From contig FLMG01002269.1 in the NCBI GenBank assembly GCA_900088475.1, forward strand, positions 1 to 45,658: a DNA stretch of 45,658 nucleotides. Reading direction: 5' to 3'. Under the pieces are notes generated by a model. The model had not been told where the DNA came from. It searched no databases and saw only the letters and a list, made by a program, of their open reading frames with translations. This stretch comes from Hyphochytrium catenoides (Eukaryota; Protista; Hyphochytriomycota). Position numbers and translations under genes: made by a program. Below, piece by piece: positions 1 to 11,710 of the stretch (position 1 is its first letter; every line of letters begins with the position of its first letter).

Positions 1-407
1 TCATAGTCTCTCTCTCGCTCTCTCTGCCCTCTGCTCTCTCTCTCTCTTTCCTTCTGTCTCTCCTCTTCCGTGGCCCTGCATTCGCAGGCGACGCTAAGCA
101 CGAGATGGATCACTGGTTCCTCTTGCCATCACGGAGACGGCGGAGTTCGTCCCGATAATCATCTGCTTTCTCCATCCGAAGCTGGGCACAGCACAGACTG
201 TGACCGAGGCCGCCGCGAGTGATATCCAGGGCGATAGCGATGGCGCGGCCGCGACAGCGACTCTCTCCAGGAAAGAGAAGAGAGACCATCGGGGAGTCGG
301 TAAAAGGCATCGACGAGCTCTCTCAGGCGATGTGTGCTCGCCGCTAGAGGCAGTCGATAGGAAAGAGGAAAGAGAGAAAGAGAAGAGACAGGGAAGGGCA
401 AACACCG

Positions 408-1394
408 ATGGTGCAGGAACAATATGCAGCCCTTCCCTCGCCTCGCAAGCAAGCGCGTCAGGGCCTCCAGCAGAGAGAAGTGGCGATGGGGCTTCAGGAG
501 AGCCACCTTCGCACTTCTGCGCAAGGCAATGTCCAGCACACGGTCAGCACCAAGTCTAAACTCAGCGTTGCGAACCGTTATGAGTCTGCAGGTGATTGAT
601 AGAGCTCGCTGGGCTGAATATCTCTCTCTCTCCTCTATTTCTTTCTCTGTCTCTCTCTCTCTCTCTCTGCTGTCTCTGTCTCTTTTCTCTACCCTCTTCT
701 CCTCGTTTCTCTACCCTCTCCTCCATCGGGCCGCTCTGTAGCCACCACTGCCATCCTCTTTCTCTCTTCAATCTTTTCCCCCATCCTCCTTTCTCTCTCT
801 CTCTCTCTCGCCCCAATCTGTCTCTTGGTCTCTCTCTCCCCTCACTATATCCCTTCTCTCCACCCGGACCTGACCTTCTTCCTCACTCACTTCTCTCTCT
901 TCCTCTTTCTCTCCTCTATCGAGATATCTCCTTTCTGTCTCTCTTTCGGTTCTGCTCTCACTTACCCGCTCTCTTCTTAGATAGACTCTGCTTCTTTATG
1001 GCCGACCGTGCGTTTACTCTCTCTCTCTCCTCTCTCTTTCTTTAAGAACTCATCCATCTCTGTAGCATTGACTTTCCTCTCCTTTCGTCTCCTCCTAGGA
1101 GCGTCAATGTACCGTCCGACACGGCGGGAGAGACTGCGTCACTACTTCTCCATGCATCCCAAGGCGGCCATGCGCTTTGAGCTTATAAATGCCGCGCTCT
1201 CTGCACTGGCTTGCATTCTTTATGTGGTAGATGTCTATACGAGTGAGGAGTTCAGCGCCGAACTCTGGTTCTGGTGCATCAACCTCGTGCTTAACCTCTA
1301 CTTTCTCTTCGACTACACCCTCTCCTGTCTTAGGGCCCCGTCAGGTATGTCCCTCGCCCTCTCGCGCGCGCGCTCTTAGTCTCGCTCTTTTCTC

Positions 1395-1437
<43 letters not shown>

Positions 1438-4400
1438 GTCTCTCTCTCTCTCCGTCTATCTGTCTATCTATCTATATATCTATCTACTTCTTCTTCTTTA
1501 GCATGTCTCTCTCGCGCTCTCCATTTGAAGGTGCCCAGGCGCGCAAAACTAACTCTCGCCGCGGGATGCGCACTCTTTCTCATCCCTGGTTTTTAGCGAG
1601 AAGCTATGCGACCTCCTTCCTAGGTGTTTTGGACGCATTGACGGTCTTCCCACCTTTGTTCCTGACCATTTTTACGTGGGTCTTCGACCGCCAGGAGCTG
1701 GGAAAGCTGTTAATTCTAAGAGTTCTTAGAATCTTCGTCGCTCTCAGGATCTTTCGCCTGCAACGCCTCTTGCATCTCAAGGCAACAGGGAGAGAGCAGG
1801 CATCCAAAGAAATTATGACGCGCCTCTTCCTCCTCTTCGCCTTGGTTTTCTGCGTGACAGGTAGACAAGATGCGCAACTTGTGTCGGTCCCGTCCATACT
1901 TCTAGCCGCCTACCTCAACCTCTGCACTTCTGCACTGATAGAGATATTGCCTCCACCTTTCTGTTCTCTAGTCTCTAGGGAGATGGCCATTGTAAGCCTT
2001 AAGAGCACTCGTTCCTATTCTCATCGTGACTCTTGCTCCTCTCTCTTCTCCTCTTTTCCCTACGTTGGACCCGCTCTCACATGCCCATGCCATCTCACGT
2101 AGGCGTCTTTCACGCTGTGGAGTTGCAGTGGTACCTCGACCAGGGCGATCACTTCTACTTTCATGACTCCCTCTACTTCATGTTGGTGACTGTCGGTACG
2201 GTGGGATATGGCGACTTCACACCAAAGACCATCGCAGGACGGATTATCGTCATGGGAGTGGTCGTAGCGATTATTACGTTCATTCCCGAACAGTTGGCGC
2301 GCCTTGTCTCTCTTGCACAGCAACGGACGCCCTGGGACAAGCCATATGTGATCCCACGAAAAGGGAAAGGACATCACGGTCACGTCATTGTCTGTGGTAG
2401 CCTGAAGGACGAGGCCGTGAAAGATTTTATGCATGAGTTTCGTTCTCCATCAAGAGGAGTCAACAAGATGCATGTGGTGCTTCTCTCCCCAGATCCCCCT
2501 TCTAGCGTGCTCACGAATATGATTGTTCAAGAAGAAGAGCTCTTCTTTGTGCTTGGGAGTCCCACGGTCGAAAGAGACTTACTGCGCTGCGGTGCCGCTA
2601 CCTCTGATGGCGTCTTTATTCTGGCGAACCGCTACTCTGCGTCTCCGGAGGACGAGGATTCTCTGACAACCATCCGGATGTTGTCGGTTAGCAGTTTCTT
2701 GGAGAGCAGGAAGGCGCATGTCCCTATCTTCGTGCAATTCCTCGAGGCTCAAGACCGTCCCAGTTTGCTCTCTGTTATTGGCCGCAATCAGCCCGTCTTC
2801 ATGTCAAAGTTAAAGTATTGCATCCTTGCCCAAGGGACCTCATGCCCAGGCGCTGTAGCGCTGATCACGAACTTGATCCGATCTCACGACCTTGAGGACT
2901 ATCAGATGATTAAAGAGCTTTCTCCATGGTTGTCGGAGTATGTACACGGACTAGGCAGAGAGATCTACCCAATTCTCCTGACTGCGGCCTTTGATGGAAA
3001 GGTACGAAGGAAAACTGGGGGAGAAAGAGAGGCGGAGATAGGATAATTCTTAAGAAAGGCGGGTTTCTGTGAGACGCCATCCTTACAACCGGAACCAGAA
3101 ATTGTCTGCCATTGCTCGGTGACTGATATGTCTCCTCCTATCCCAATCCTGCTAGAATTCTCTTGTTACATTGTAGTCCGTTTACTGTTGATGGCATGGC
3201 GCTCGCCCTCACGGTGTATCGTCTGCCCTTCTTAGACCTTTGCAGCTGTTGCGGAGTGGATCTTTGGCCGCTTTGGAGCCATCCTTCTAGCCGCATTGGT
3301 GGAGGAGCAGCCGTCGAAGCCTTCAAGACTGAAACTCGCACCGATGGACCTGGAGTTAGAGGAGGGGCTTCTTTGCTTTGTAATTGCGTCAGATGGTAAT
3401 GGCTCCTACATTCACTCTATCTTCTCTAGTGGTGTGCCTTCGCCTGGCATGCGATCCTCTTCTTCCTAACATGCCTGAGAGACGCTAGAGTGTAGCCTTT
3501 TGATCTCAGGGTAGAGTCAAGGAAAGGCCTCTAACGCTGGCGCTCTTATCTCTCTGTGTATACATGTCTATGCCTTCTTTCTTATCTGTCTGTGAGGCGA
3601 CCGCCATTTTTGGAGTCTCCGACCTTTCGGCACTCTTCTCTTTGCCTCTTTCGGTGTACTGATGTCTCTCTGCTGAACGCCCGGTGTGCTCTCTAGGTCT
3701 TACTGCCCATACCATTGTGCAAGAATATACCAGAGAAGAAGAAGAAAGAGCCAAGATTTTCCTACATCAACCAGACGTAACGGAAGCGGAGAGCGCAGAG
3801 CCCGCATCATACAGATCGAATCTCTCTTTCTCCGGTAGGATGAGACGCCCAGAATGGCTGCTGGTTCACAAGGACTCGCTCATTAACAGGAACAACAACG
3901 CCTCTGTTGCTCACCTGGAAGAGGTGCTGCTAAACATGTATGAGCATGAAGTAGACCAGGCCACCGCAAGGTCGAAGAGTCAAGTAGCCGAGAGAGAGGG
4001 AGAGAGCTCAGTTCCTCTTTCTAGTCTGTTTGCTCCACTTCGCTCGACCAAAAACTCCCCACATAGCTCTCGTAGCTCCTTTTCTCAGCGCATTGATGCA
4101 GCTCCTGCACCGTCGCCTGCCGCGCAGGCGGCATCGGCCCACCACCATGACGTGGGAGGCATCCTCTCGACCTCTTCTCTTCCGGTGGAGGTATATGAGG
4201 CTTCCACCCACGATGGAAGAGGCGCACTGGATGATCTTCCGACCGTGTCAGCCTCTCTCCCTTCCTCGTCCGAGCTTCTCTCAAGCTTACAAGCTCAGAC
4301 ATTGGACAGTACGGTCGGGCTGATGGAGAACCATATTGTCGTGTGTGGAGCCACTTCTCACCTCCATCAGTTTGTGGATGTTCTTCGGAGGTACTACTCT

Positions 4401-5396
4401 CTCATGCAGGAAGGAGCAGACCGCCCGCCAATCGTCCTTCTCAACGCTTCGCCTCCTTCCCTCCTCCAATGGAGTCAAATGGGCTGCCCACGCGACGTGT
4501 TCTACATTCAGGGAAATGCTTTGCAATTCCAAGATTTGCTCCGAGCTGGAGTCCCCCACGCAGTGAGTACTATAGTCATGGCCAAGTTAGAAAGTCATTC
4601 TCCGTCGCCTTCCCCAGCCTCATCCCTAAGACCTGGAGATGACGTTGTCCTAGAGGACTATACAACGCTCATGAGCCTTCTTTGTGTGGAAGACGTACAG
4701 GTCAAGGTCGAGGATGCCAGGAGGCGCTCCACTAGGAGGCAGTCTACTGAAGAGGAGAAGAAGAAGAAGGACACTGTCAAGGGGGAAAGCGCCTACCAGG
4801 GAGATGACGAGAGAGGGTCAGTCTCAAGGCAAAAGGTAGAAGAGAATGGGCCAGTGAGGAAGAAGTCTTCGACTCCAGTCGCAGACCATCAGTATAGAAG
4901 TGTCATTGTAGAGCTCAAAAATCCTTCTAACATCCGCTACTGCCGACCCAGAGACCCCACTCTCCATCTCTCAGACGACTCTCTTTTCTACTTGGCACCA
5001 GCATTCGCCGCGGGGAGAGTATACGTTAGCATTCTCCTTGATTCTCTCCTATGCCAGGCTCTCTTCAACCCCTTCATCGTTGATATCATCACGCTGCTAG
5101 CGGGTGGACGACTAGAGAATGACTTGGACCTTTACAAGCAGAGAGATCTGGATGGAGAGAGAAAGGCAATGCTGGTGAAGCTCCCCGTCCCCATAGCGTT
5201 TGTTGGCGACTCTTTCCTGTCTCTCTTCCGCCAACTTCTACGGCAGGGCTCCTTAGCGATTGCAGTGTATCGCTCTCCCAAGCTGGCGGGCAGCCCTGCC
5301 CCCTATGTCTATACCTGCCCCCCTCCTGATGCCATCCTGCACCGAGACGACCAAGTGTTCGTGCTTACTCTACCGCAGTCTGAGAAGCTAAGATGA
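408..5396 (+). CDS. Slo/BK-family potassium channel alpha subunit (6TM + RCK1/RCK2), spliced; exons approx. 408-591, 1099-1344, 1597-1860, 2103-3001, 3236-3395, 3697-5396; 5' end uncertain
   Basis: Seen: selectivity filter TVGTVGYGDFTP; S4 LRVLRIFVALRIFRLQR; RCK starts GHVIVCG and NHIVVCG; Slo-family motifs AQGTSCPGAVALITNL, EYVHGLGREIYP, FAAGRVYVSILLDSLLCQALFNP, YVYTCPPPDAILHRDDQVFVL. All five GT-AG junctions join in frame. Extra upstream exon(s) are possible. Confidence 0.92.
620..1040 (+). repeat. Degenerate (CT)n/polypyrimidine tract in intron 1 of the K+ channel gene
   Basis: Long interrupted CT runs; explains spurious Leu/Ser-rich ORFs on + and Arg/Glu-rich ORFs on -. Confidence 0.85.
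1390..1487 (+). repeat. (CT)n followed by (CTAT)n microsatellite in intron 2 of the K+ channel gene
   Basis: tctctctctc... then tctatctatctatatatctatct, read directly. Confidence 0.88.
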
Positions 5397-6380
5397 GCGA
5401 GACGGAGACGTGGGACGTAATCTCAAGGGTAGACGGACAGAAAGACGCAAAGGTCGCCCACTTCCCGTCACCCTACCTTGATAGTGTGTGCCTCTATCAA
5501 GGCATTTCCCGAGGGCCTCCAACCATTGTAAGACCTTGTAAAGCCGCTTGATTTACAAGCCGAGATCGCGGCAGGACCTTCTCCCAGCGTTGACTTTATT
5601 TCTGGTTACCCTTTCTTCTAAGCATCCGCTTCCTCATACTCAGAAGCAAATCTCTCTACTTTCCTCGCCCCCTCTTCTTCGCCTCCTCTGCTCCCAGTCT
5701 TCACTTTCATTACTGGCTGTCCGTCTTCAGGGCTGCTGTGCAGGGTGGTGTCTGGGGTGACTTACCCGATATGAGCAGACCTGACAGCGGCTGATGCCAG
5801 CTGACTCGGTGGGTTAGGAAGTGAAGGATGGGCAGTGAGGAGAAACAGCCGATCAAAAATGGCGGCCCCTTTCAAGGACGCACTGGAAGCAACAACCAGT
5901 AGGGAATGTGAATGGAAAGGAGTGCGGCGGTGATCCTGAGCAGAAGTGGTGACGGACGGAGGACGAGGGGAGCAGGAGAAAGACTGCTTCAAGCTACTCG
6001 TCCTTCTTTCCTGACGAGTTGGAAGCCCACTCCCAGTGGTCTTAGCTGCCGCAACCCGTCCAACAACGGGCTGACTGCATACTTCCTATGACATGCCCAT
6101 GCCAAAGGGAGTAGACTAGCGGCAGTAGCTGTCTATCCTCTTCTGTCCCTTGCTCTGCTGCTGTTGCTGCTTGGTCTGCTCTGCTGCTTGGTGCTGCTGC
6201 TGATGCTTGAAATAGGCACACTGCAGACGTTCGCACATCTTTTGGCAGCTTCATCGCATCGAGAGAGTGCTCACTATCCTCTGTATAAGTTCCCGTTATG
6301 GTAAGGGAGGAATAGAGTGGCTGCCAGGAGTTACAAGTGAGACATGTTACACAGAGAGATCCGCTGGCGTCAGTCCTGGC

Positions 6381-6439
6381 NNNNNNNNNNNNNNNNNNNN
6401 NNNNNNNNNNNNNNNNNNNNNNNNNNNNNNNNNNNNNNN
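6381..6439. other. Assembly gap (N run)
   Basis: 59 N characters. Confidence 0.99.
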
Positions 6440-7683
6440 GGGTCGTTCACCACGGTCTCCATCCAAAAGGAGAACTATGGAAAGAGTGTTTCCTACCCGG
6501 GCGGCAGTCTGATGGGTTTGCCGCTATCGATGGGACGATCTATGGACTAAGCGGACTGTTTGAAGATTAGCGAGCTTACAGTCTTCATCGTCTTCATCTC
6601 TTCGCTTCAATTTCTCTTCACATGATAATGACAATGCCCTTTACCAGCGATGGAAGCTATTGCCAATTTTTTCAACCACCACCTGGTATGCTAAGGTCTA
6701 GAATAAGTTGCATGGCAGCTCTCAGAGGAACTTCAGCGTCGCCTGTTGTTTTGTTGGTCCTTAGAGCCACGTTTCCATACTTTAAGCAAGCCTGTGTGCG
6801 ATTATTAGAAGTATGGTTCAGCAGCTGACTTAGTGAAGATAGTACACTTTGATGCTTGAGGGGCAGGTGGGCTGTTAACAAGAGCAAGCACAAACTGCTG
6901 CTGATGAGTTAATAACCTGTTTTTGCCGCATCTTTGGCTCTAACGACACTTGGCATCGCAATCTGCAGACCTAGGGTTCTTTGCAAACCGTTGTAACATG
7001 TGTGCCTCAGGCTCGGTGCAACGCTGTCAAGTCGATGAAGCAGTTGGCCTGTATATCATTAGACAGGGAGCTGGGGCAGCATCAGCGAGACTAGAATACG
7101 AGTGATACGTAGTCTATGATCCGGCCTTTCGTGCTAGTAAGAGGAAGAGCGAAGAGTAGAAGGCCAACTTCTGGTGATGCTTCTCTGTCCAGTCCATAAA
7201 TTCCCGCTCTCACCTCCTGCTCTGTCATTCATCCTCCTTCCGTCGCTTAGAAGAGTGTAGGATGGTTTCAGCTTCCTTGACCCCTTCCTCGCCCCTTATT
7301 GTCACTCTCCCGTCTCCGTAATTCGGTCACTAGTTGTCTTTCCCCTCTTTCTTTTTGAAAGTCCCCAACCACTCCTATAAGCTAAACGGGAGCCCCGTCA
7401 AGAACAGAGCTTGGAGCCTTTTAAACTGGGAGATCCACAACTAGTAGCAACAGCTCAAGGACAGAATAACAAGCGGACCAGATGGAAGATCCACGAGGCT
7501 CAGCGATGAAGAAGACATCTATAACATTCTCAACGTTGCTCGTCCTACAGCGAAAAGGACGCTTTGGGAGCTTGTAGAGGGCCTGGTTATTCTCTCCCCC
7601 CAATGCCAGCTCGGGCATCGAAGTGCTACGTTCATTCATTTCATTTACTAGCCTTCCTTTCTGTTCTTCCATTGTATCGCTAT

Positions 7684-10497
7684 TTATTCCTGCAGGGGCC
7701 GTTGGAACTTTTGTCTGTCCCACTCCATACCATTTGGCTGATCAGTCCTGGCAGTCAAAATCTCACATCCATCCTCAGTGACAAGCAGCGTATGTTCAAA
7801 CTGAGCCGACCGCTTCCCGTCCGCAGTCACTGCCGTCCAATCATCACCCCAAATTTTATCTTGCCATGTGCCTGTGACATGACGCGTGGAAGGAACACAG
7901 AGACGGGCGTTAATGAAAAGGAAGCCACATATCTACTGATCACAAAGACTTCATCGACTCCCTTGGCGGAACCATGTAACGAGAAAGGACTGACGCCGAG
8001 GTGGAATGACAACGGGCTGGCTTGGCACCAGCCACTCGCATTTACCTAGATTGATCATGGGTTCGATCGTGAAGATATGACCTGGCTTCATCACTCCTAC
8101 AGCCTTATTTCGAGCATAATGCGGCACATTAGGCTGGCAATGAAAGAGGTCGCCAATCCCGTGACCGCAGTAGGTTTTCACGACCGAAACTCCTTCCGCT
8201 TGAGCCACCTTAGAGATAACAGTGCCTATCTCGCGATACATGGTACCAGGCTTGACTGCAATCCATAGCATGAAGCACAGGGGAATGGGAATCCTAAGTA
8301 AGCACTCATGGAGTCTATATATTTGAGAAACAAGGCGCTGTGCCCGCTGGAAGCATGAAGGAGAACCGCACAACAGACGACGTATCTCTCAGATAGAGCC
8401 AACCAGATAGAAGTGAATTCAAACACATCACAAGTTGACGAGACTAGCAGACTCAACTGCCCTTCCCAGGCATATCAATGAAGACTGGCTAGGTAAGCCA
8501 ATGGTCAGCGATAGAAGGAGCTACGTGGTTACCTTTTTCCACGGCCGCCTGCAAGCACAGGTAGGCAGCCCTTACAAGCTTGACGCTGTCATCGTCCACA
8601 TTTCCCACGAAGAACGTCTCATTGAGATCGCTGTGATACTAGAGAGGCAATAGCGTGAGCGCAGAATAGATATCTCGTCAATGGTCAACTGGAACAACAG
8701 ATACAAGGGGCAGGAGGCTTTTCCAGAGATGAGACAAAGGCAGAACAGCGTTATAGCTCGAAGTGATTACTGAACCAAAGCACATAGTGAGGGAAGTCAA
8801 TCCAAAGTGAGCCCCTTGGGAAGCCAGGAAAATCGGGCGTGCTCTATTCGGGCGAGGAACAGGTTGGGAGCCAGAATGGGCTTACCCCATTCTTATACAC
8901 CGAGATATCTAAATTGATAATGTCCCCATCTTCTAAGGGCCGCGAGTCAGGAATCCCATGACAGATAACCTCATTTACAGATCTACAACGGCCAAGATAT
9001 GTGAAGGTCGGGGCAAGCAGGCGACAAAAGAGGATGACAGGATGAGAAAGGGAAAGAGAACGAAAGGTCACCTGCACAGAGAGATCTCCTGTACAGATGC
9101 AAATAGAGCGCGAAGTAAAGATTTAGAAAATGTAAGGGATTGTCAAAGAGCACAGTGTGATCCTGACACATTATACCTACGTGCAGAAACTCTTGGGGAA
9201 GTGGTAGTAGTTGAGTGGGGAAGGGTACGCCTCTCTCTCCACGCATGCATTGAATACAATCTTGTCAATCTCGTCAGTCGTCACACCGGGACGAATGGCA
9301 GCACTAGCAATGTCTAGAACCTCTCTTCCAATCTGCGTAGACAGCGCCATGCGGATGAATTAGGGGAGCAACGTAAGGGGTTCTTTACTAAGGGACAAGC
9401 GCACAAGGTCAAGCAATTCAGGCTTACAGACCAACTGAGCTTAACGGCCATGATATAAGGAAGGCTCAGCAGTATAGAGGCCTTGATAAAGGTGACGTGG
9501 AGAGGAGAAGCGATGCCTCAAGATGGAACTGAGCATGCATGTTGGCAAAGCGGCTGCAGAAGGTGCACGAGGGTAAGTTTACCTTACAAACGGCTCTAAT
9601 GCCTTCAATCTGCTCCGGAGTGTAGACAGGAATGGCCTTACTACCTTTTGCTAGCTCTTCACTTTTCGGGATTCCTGACATCAAAGCCCATGAGCGACTG
9701 AATCAAGGGAATGGAAAGGCAACTTGCCACGGAAGGAAAGACATGCCACGGAAAGGAAGCCCAATCATTCAATGGCAGAACGGGGCAAAGCTTCCAAACA
9801 CATAAGAGAAGATAGTAATGAGCAAATTGGATAGAGGAGAAGAGCATCAAGGACAAGTCTCAAATGCTTGTCCGTTAAGCACCAAAGAGGGAAATGTAGC
9901 ACCTGTCTTCCAATAGTCAGGCTTCTGAATGTGATCCGGGACCTCATCTCTTGGCGAGACAACGGCTGGGCGAAGGGGCCCTGTGAAGGAATAAGAGGAG
10001 GCCCAAGGTGCGACACTGTAATAAGCGATAAGAGTGTGAGACAGAAAGAAAGAGATACTGTTGAGATCTGAAGAGGAAGTAAGGGGATGAATCAATCCCA
10101 TGCGTAGGCCACCCACTAAATTGGGACGAGTCACATTGGCAGCAGGTGACAGAGGACCCAACATGACGAAGACGGCTTGAATAGAAGAAAAGAAGGAAGC
10201 GAACAGCAGTGATTGACAGAAAACTGAGACCTACGACATGAAGAGGAGGAGGACGAGAAACAAAACAATAGGAAAAGCCAAGGTGGCCAACCTTGGCGTT
10301 GATCCGGAAACACTCTTAGCTGTGGTGATAATCATCTGCTTATACACCTTGTGGAGCGGCTTGTGCAGCGCCCAGTTGTCCTTAAAGCACTGCTGATTGC
10401 AGAAGAGACCATACTCTGCCGGGATGCCCATTGATTTGCATGTAGGGCACAGCATTGTGCCCTTACTAGCACAGCCAGAGGTTGCGCACTTTGCCAT
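7684..10497 (-). CDS. METAP1: Methionine aminopeptidase 1 (type Ib, N-terminal zinc finger), 8 exons
   Basis: Seen: N-terminal Zn finger CATSGC...CPTC...[18 protein letters not shown]; YSFTGPLRP; [10 protein letters not shown]; [29 protein letters not shown]; DIINLDIS; YHSDLNETF; YCGHGIG; FTIEPMIN; [23 protein letters not shown]. All five metal ligands (D, D, H, E, E) are present; junctions are in frame; TAA at 7684-7686. Confidence 0.96.
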
Positions 10498-11710
10498 GGC
10501 TTAGGGATGAAGAGAATAAAGACGGGAGTGTATCTAGCTAAAATGGACAAGGAAAGAGAGGAATCTGCAAGCTGCGTGATGTTAGGAATCAGAGTAGGCC
10601 AAGAGTACACAGCGCTGAATCTGCGAAGTTAGAGGTGTGATGTCTCTCTACCTCTGCGCCTCCGACCCGTTCGTGAAGAACGAACTGCAACAAAGCACCA
10701 AGGCAAAGAAGATGCAAGCAGGTGAGAGAGCTTCGGATGCAAGCAGGCCGGCAACCCAGACGGAAGAGAAAAAAACCCTCTGAGAGAGAAGAGACGGGCG
10801 ACACACAGAGACTTGAGGACGACTATTGCCAAGCTTCGAGCTTCACCGATGCCGTTGAGCTTGTGCTCCGATCGCCAGTTGAAGGTCAGAAACTTGCTGA
10901 AGGAAGAGCTTCTTTGGTGGCGAGGGCAGTAAGAAGTGCAGGGCGGAGTAGGGTCAGGAAACAGTAGCCGGCTCATTTAGACAAATCTTAACAACTGCGG
11001 CTAATCTGAGGATTGAGAAGTCCCTCCTTGTTGATTGTGGAGAAAGGAAGAATTCACAAAGGTTGTGTACAATGTGGCAGCGTTATGTGTTTTATGTTTG
11101 TCAAAAATGGTCATTCATTGCTCCCTATGAAGGAGCTAATAAGGCCTTACTCCTATATTCGTTTTCTTTCCTTGAGTTAGGGTCTTTCTATTTTCCCACT
11201 CTTGCTGTCAAAATTAAATCGATTTATGTAAATTCACACATCCGTTGTTGTGCCTCAGCTGGAGAGAGAGAGAGGAGATAGAAGCCCACGAAGCTGCAGC
11301 ATCGGCGACCGAAGCGACAGAGAAGAGATCATTGCACCAGATTTATGAGGCTGGAGCTTCAGATCTCATGCAGACGGAGGTCCGGACAGATCTTATCGCC
11401 TATGCTAAGGACCAGTATAAGACAGCTCGCGTTAATAGAGATTACGTAGCGGATCTGCGGGGGCTTCAGAAGAGTGATAACAGTCACGATGTTTGCACCT
11501 GCGTCGTGGTTTGATATCTTCGTGACGGTTGAGATCTTACTAGCGGTGACAATCTTCATTACTGAGCCATGGAAGAAGCTCTTTCCGAGTAGGGCAGCAA
11601 AGTTCCAGTAGATCTTCTGTGCTAGATTATCTGTTAATTGCTCCTATGTACTACTGATCATCTCTAATCCAACTCTCCTGCCTTCGCTTTGCTCCTCCCT
11701 TATATTGTAG

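Noticed and set aside
562-1045. Leu/Ser-rich and Arg/Glu-rich ORFs (e.g. 596..1045 +, 562..816 -)
   Set aside because: Translations of intronic CT/AG microsatellite; no domain.
9725-9758. Short imperfect duplication tgccacggaa(a)ggaa in a MetAP1 intron
   Set aside because: Two copies of about 15 nt; ordinary slippage.
11569-11592. Possible reassigned genetic code (TAG as sense) suggested by MEEALSE-TAG
   Set aside because: TAG ends the LPCAT, CoA-binding and BEACH genes at plausible C-termini, TAA and TGA end the others, and no conserved exon I checked needs readthrough.
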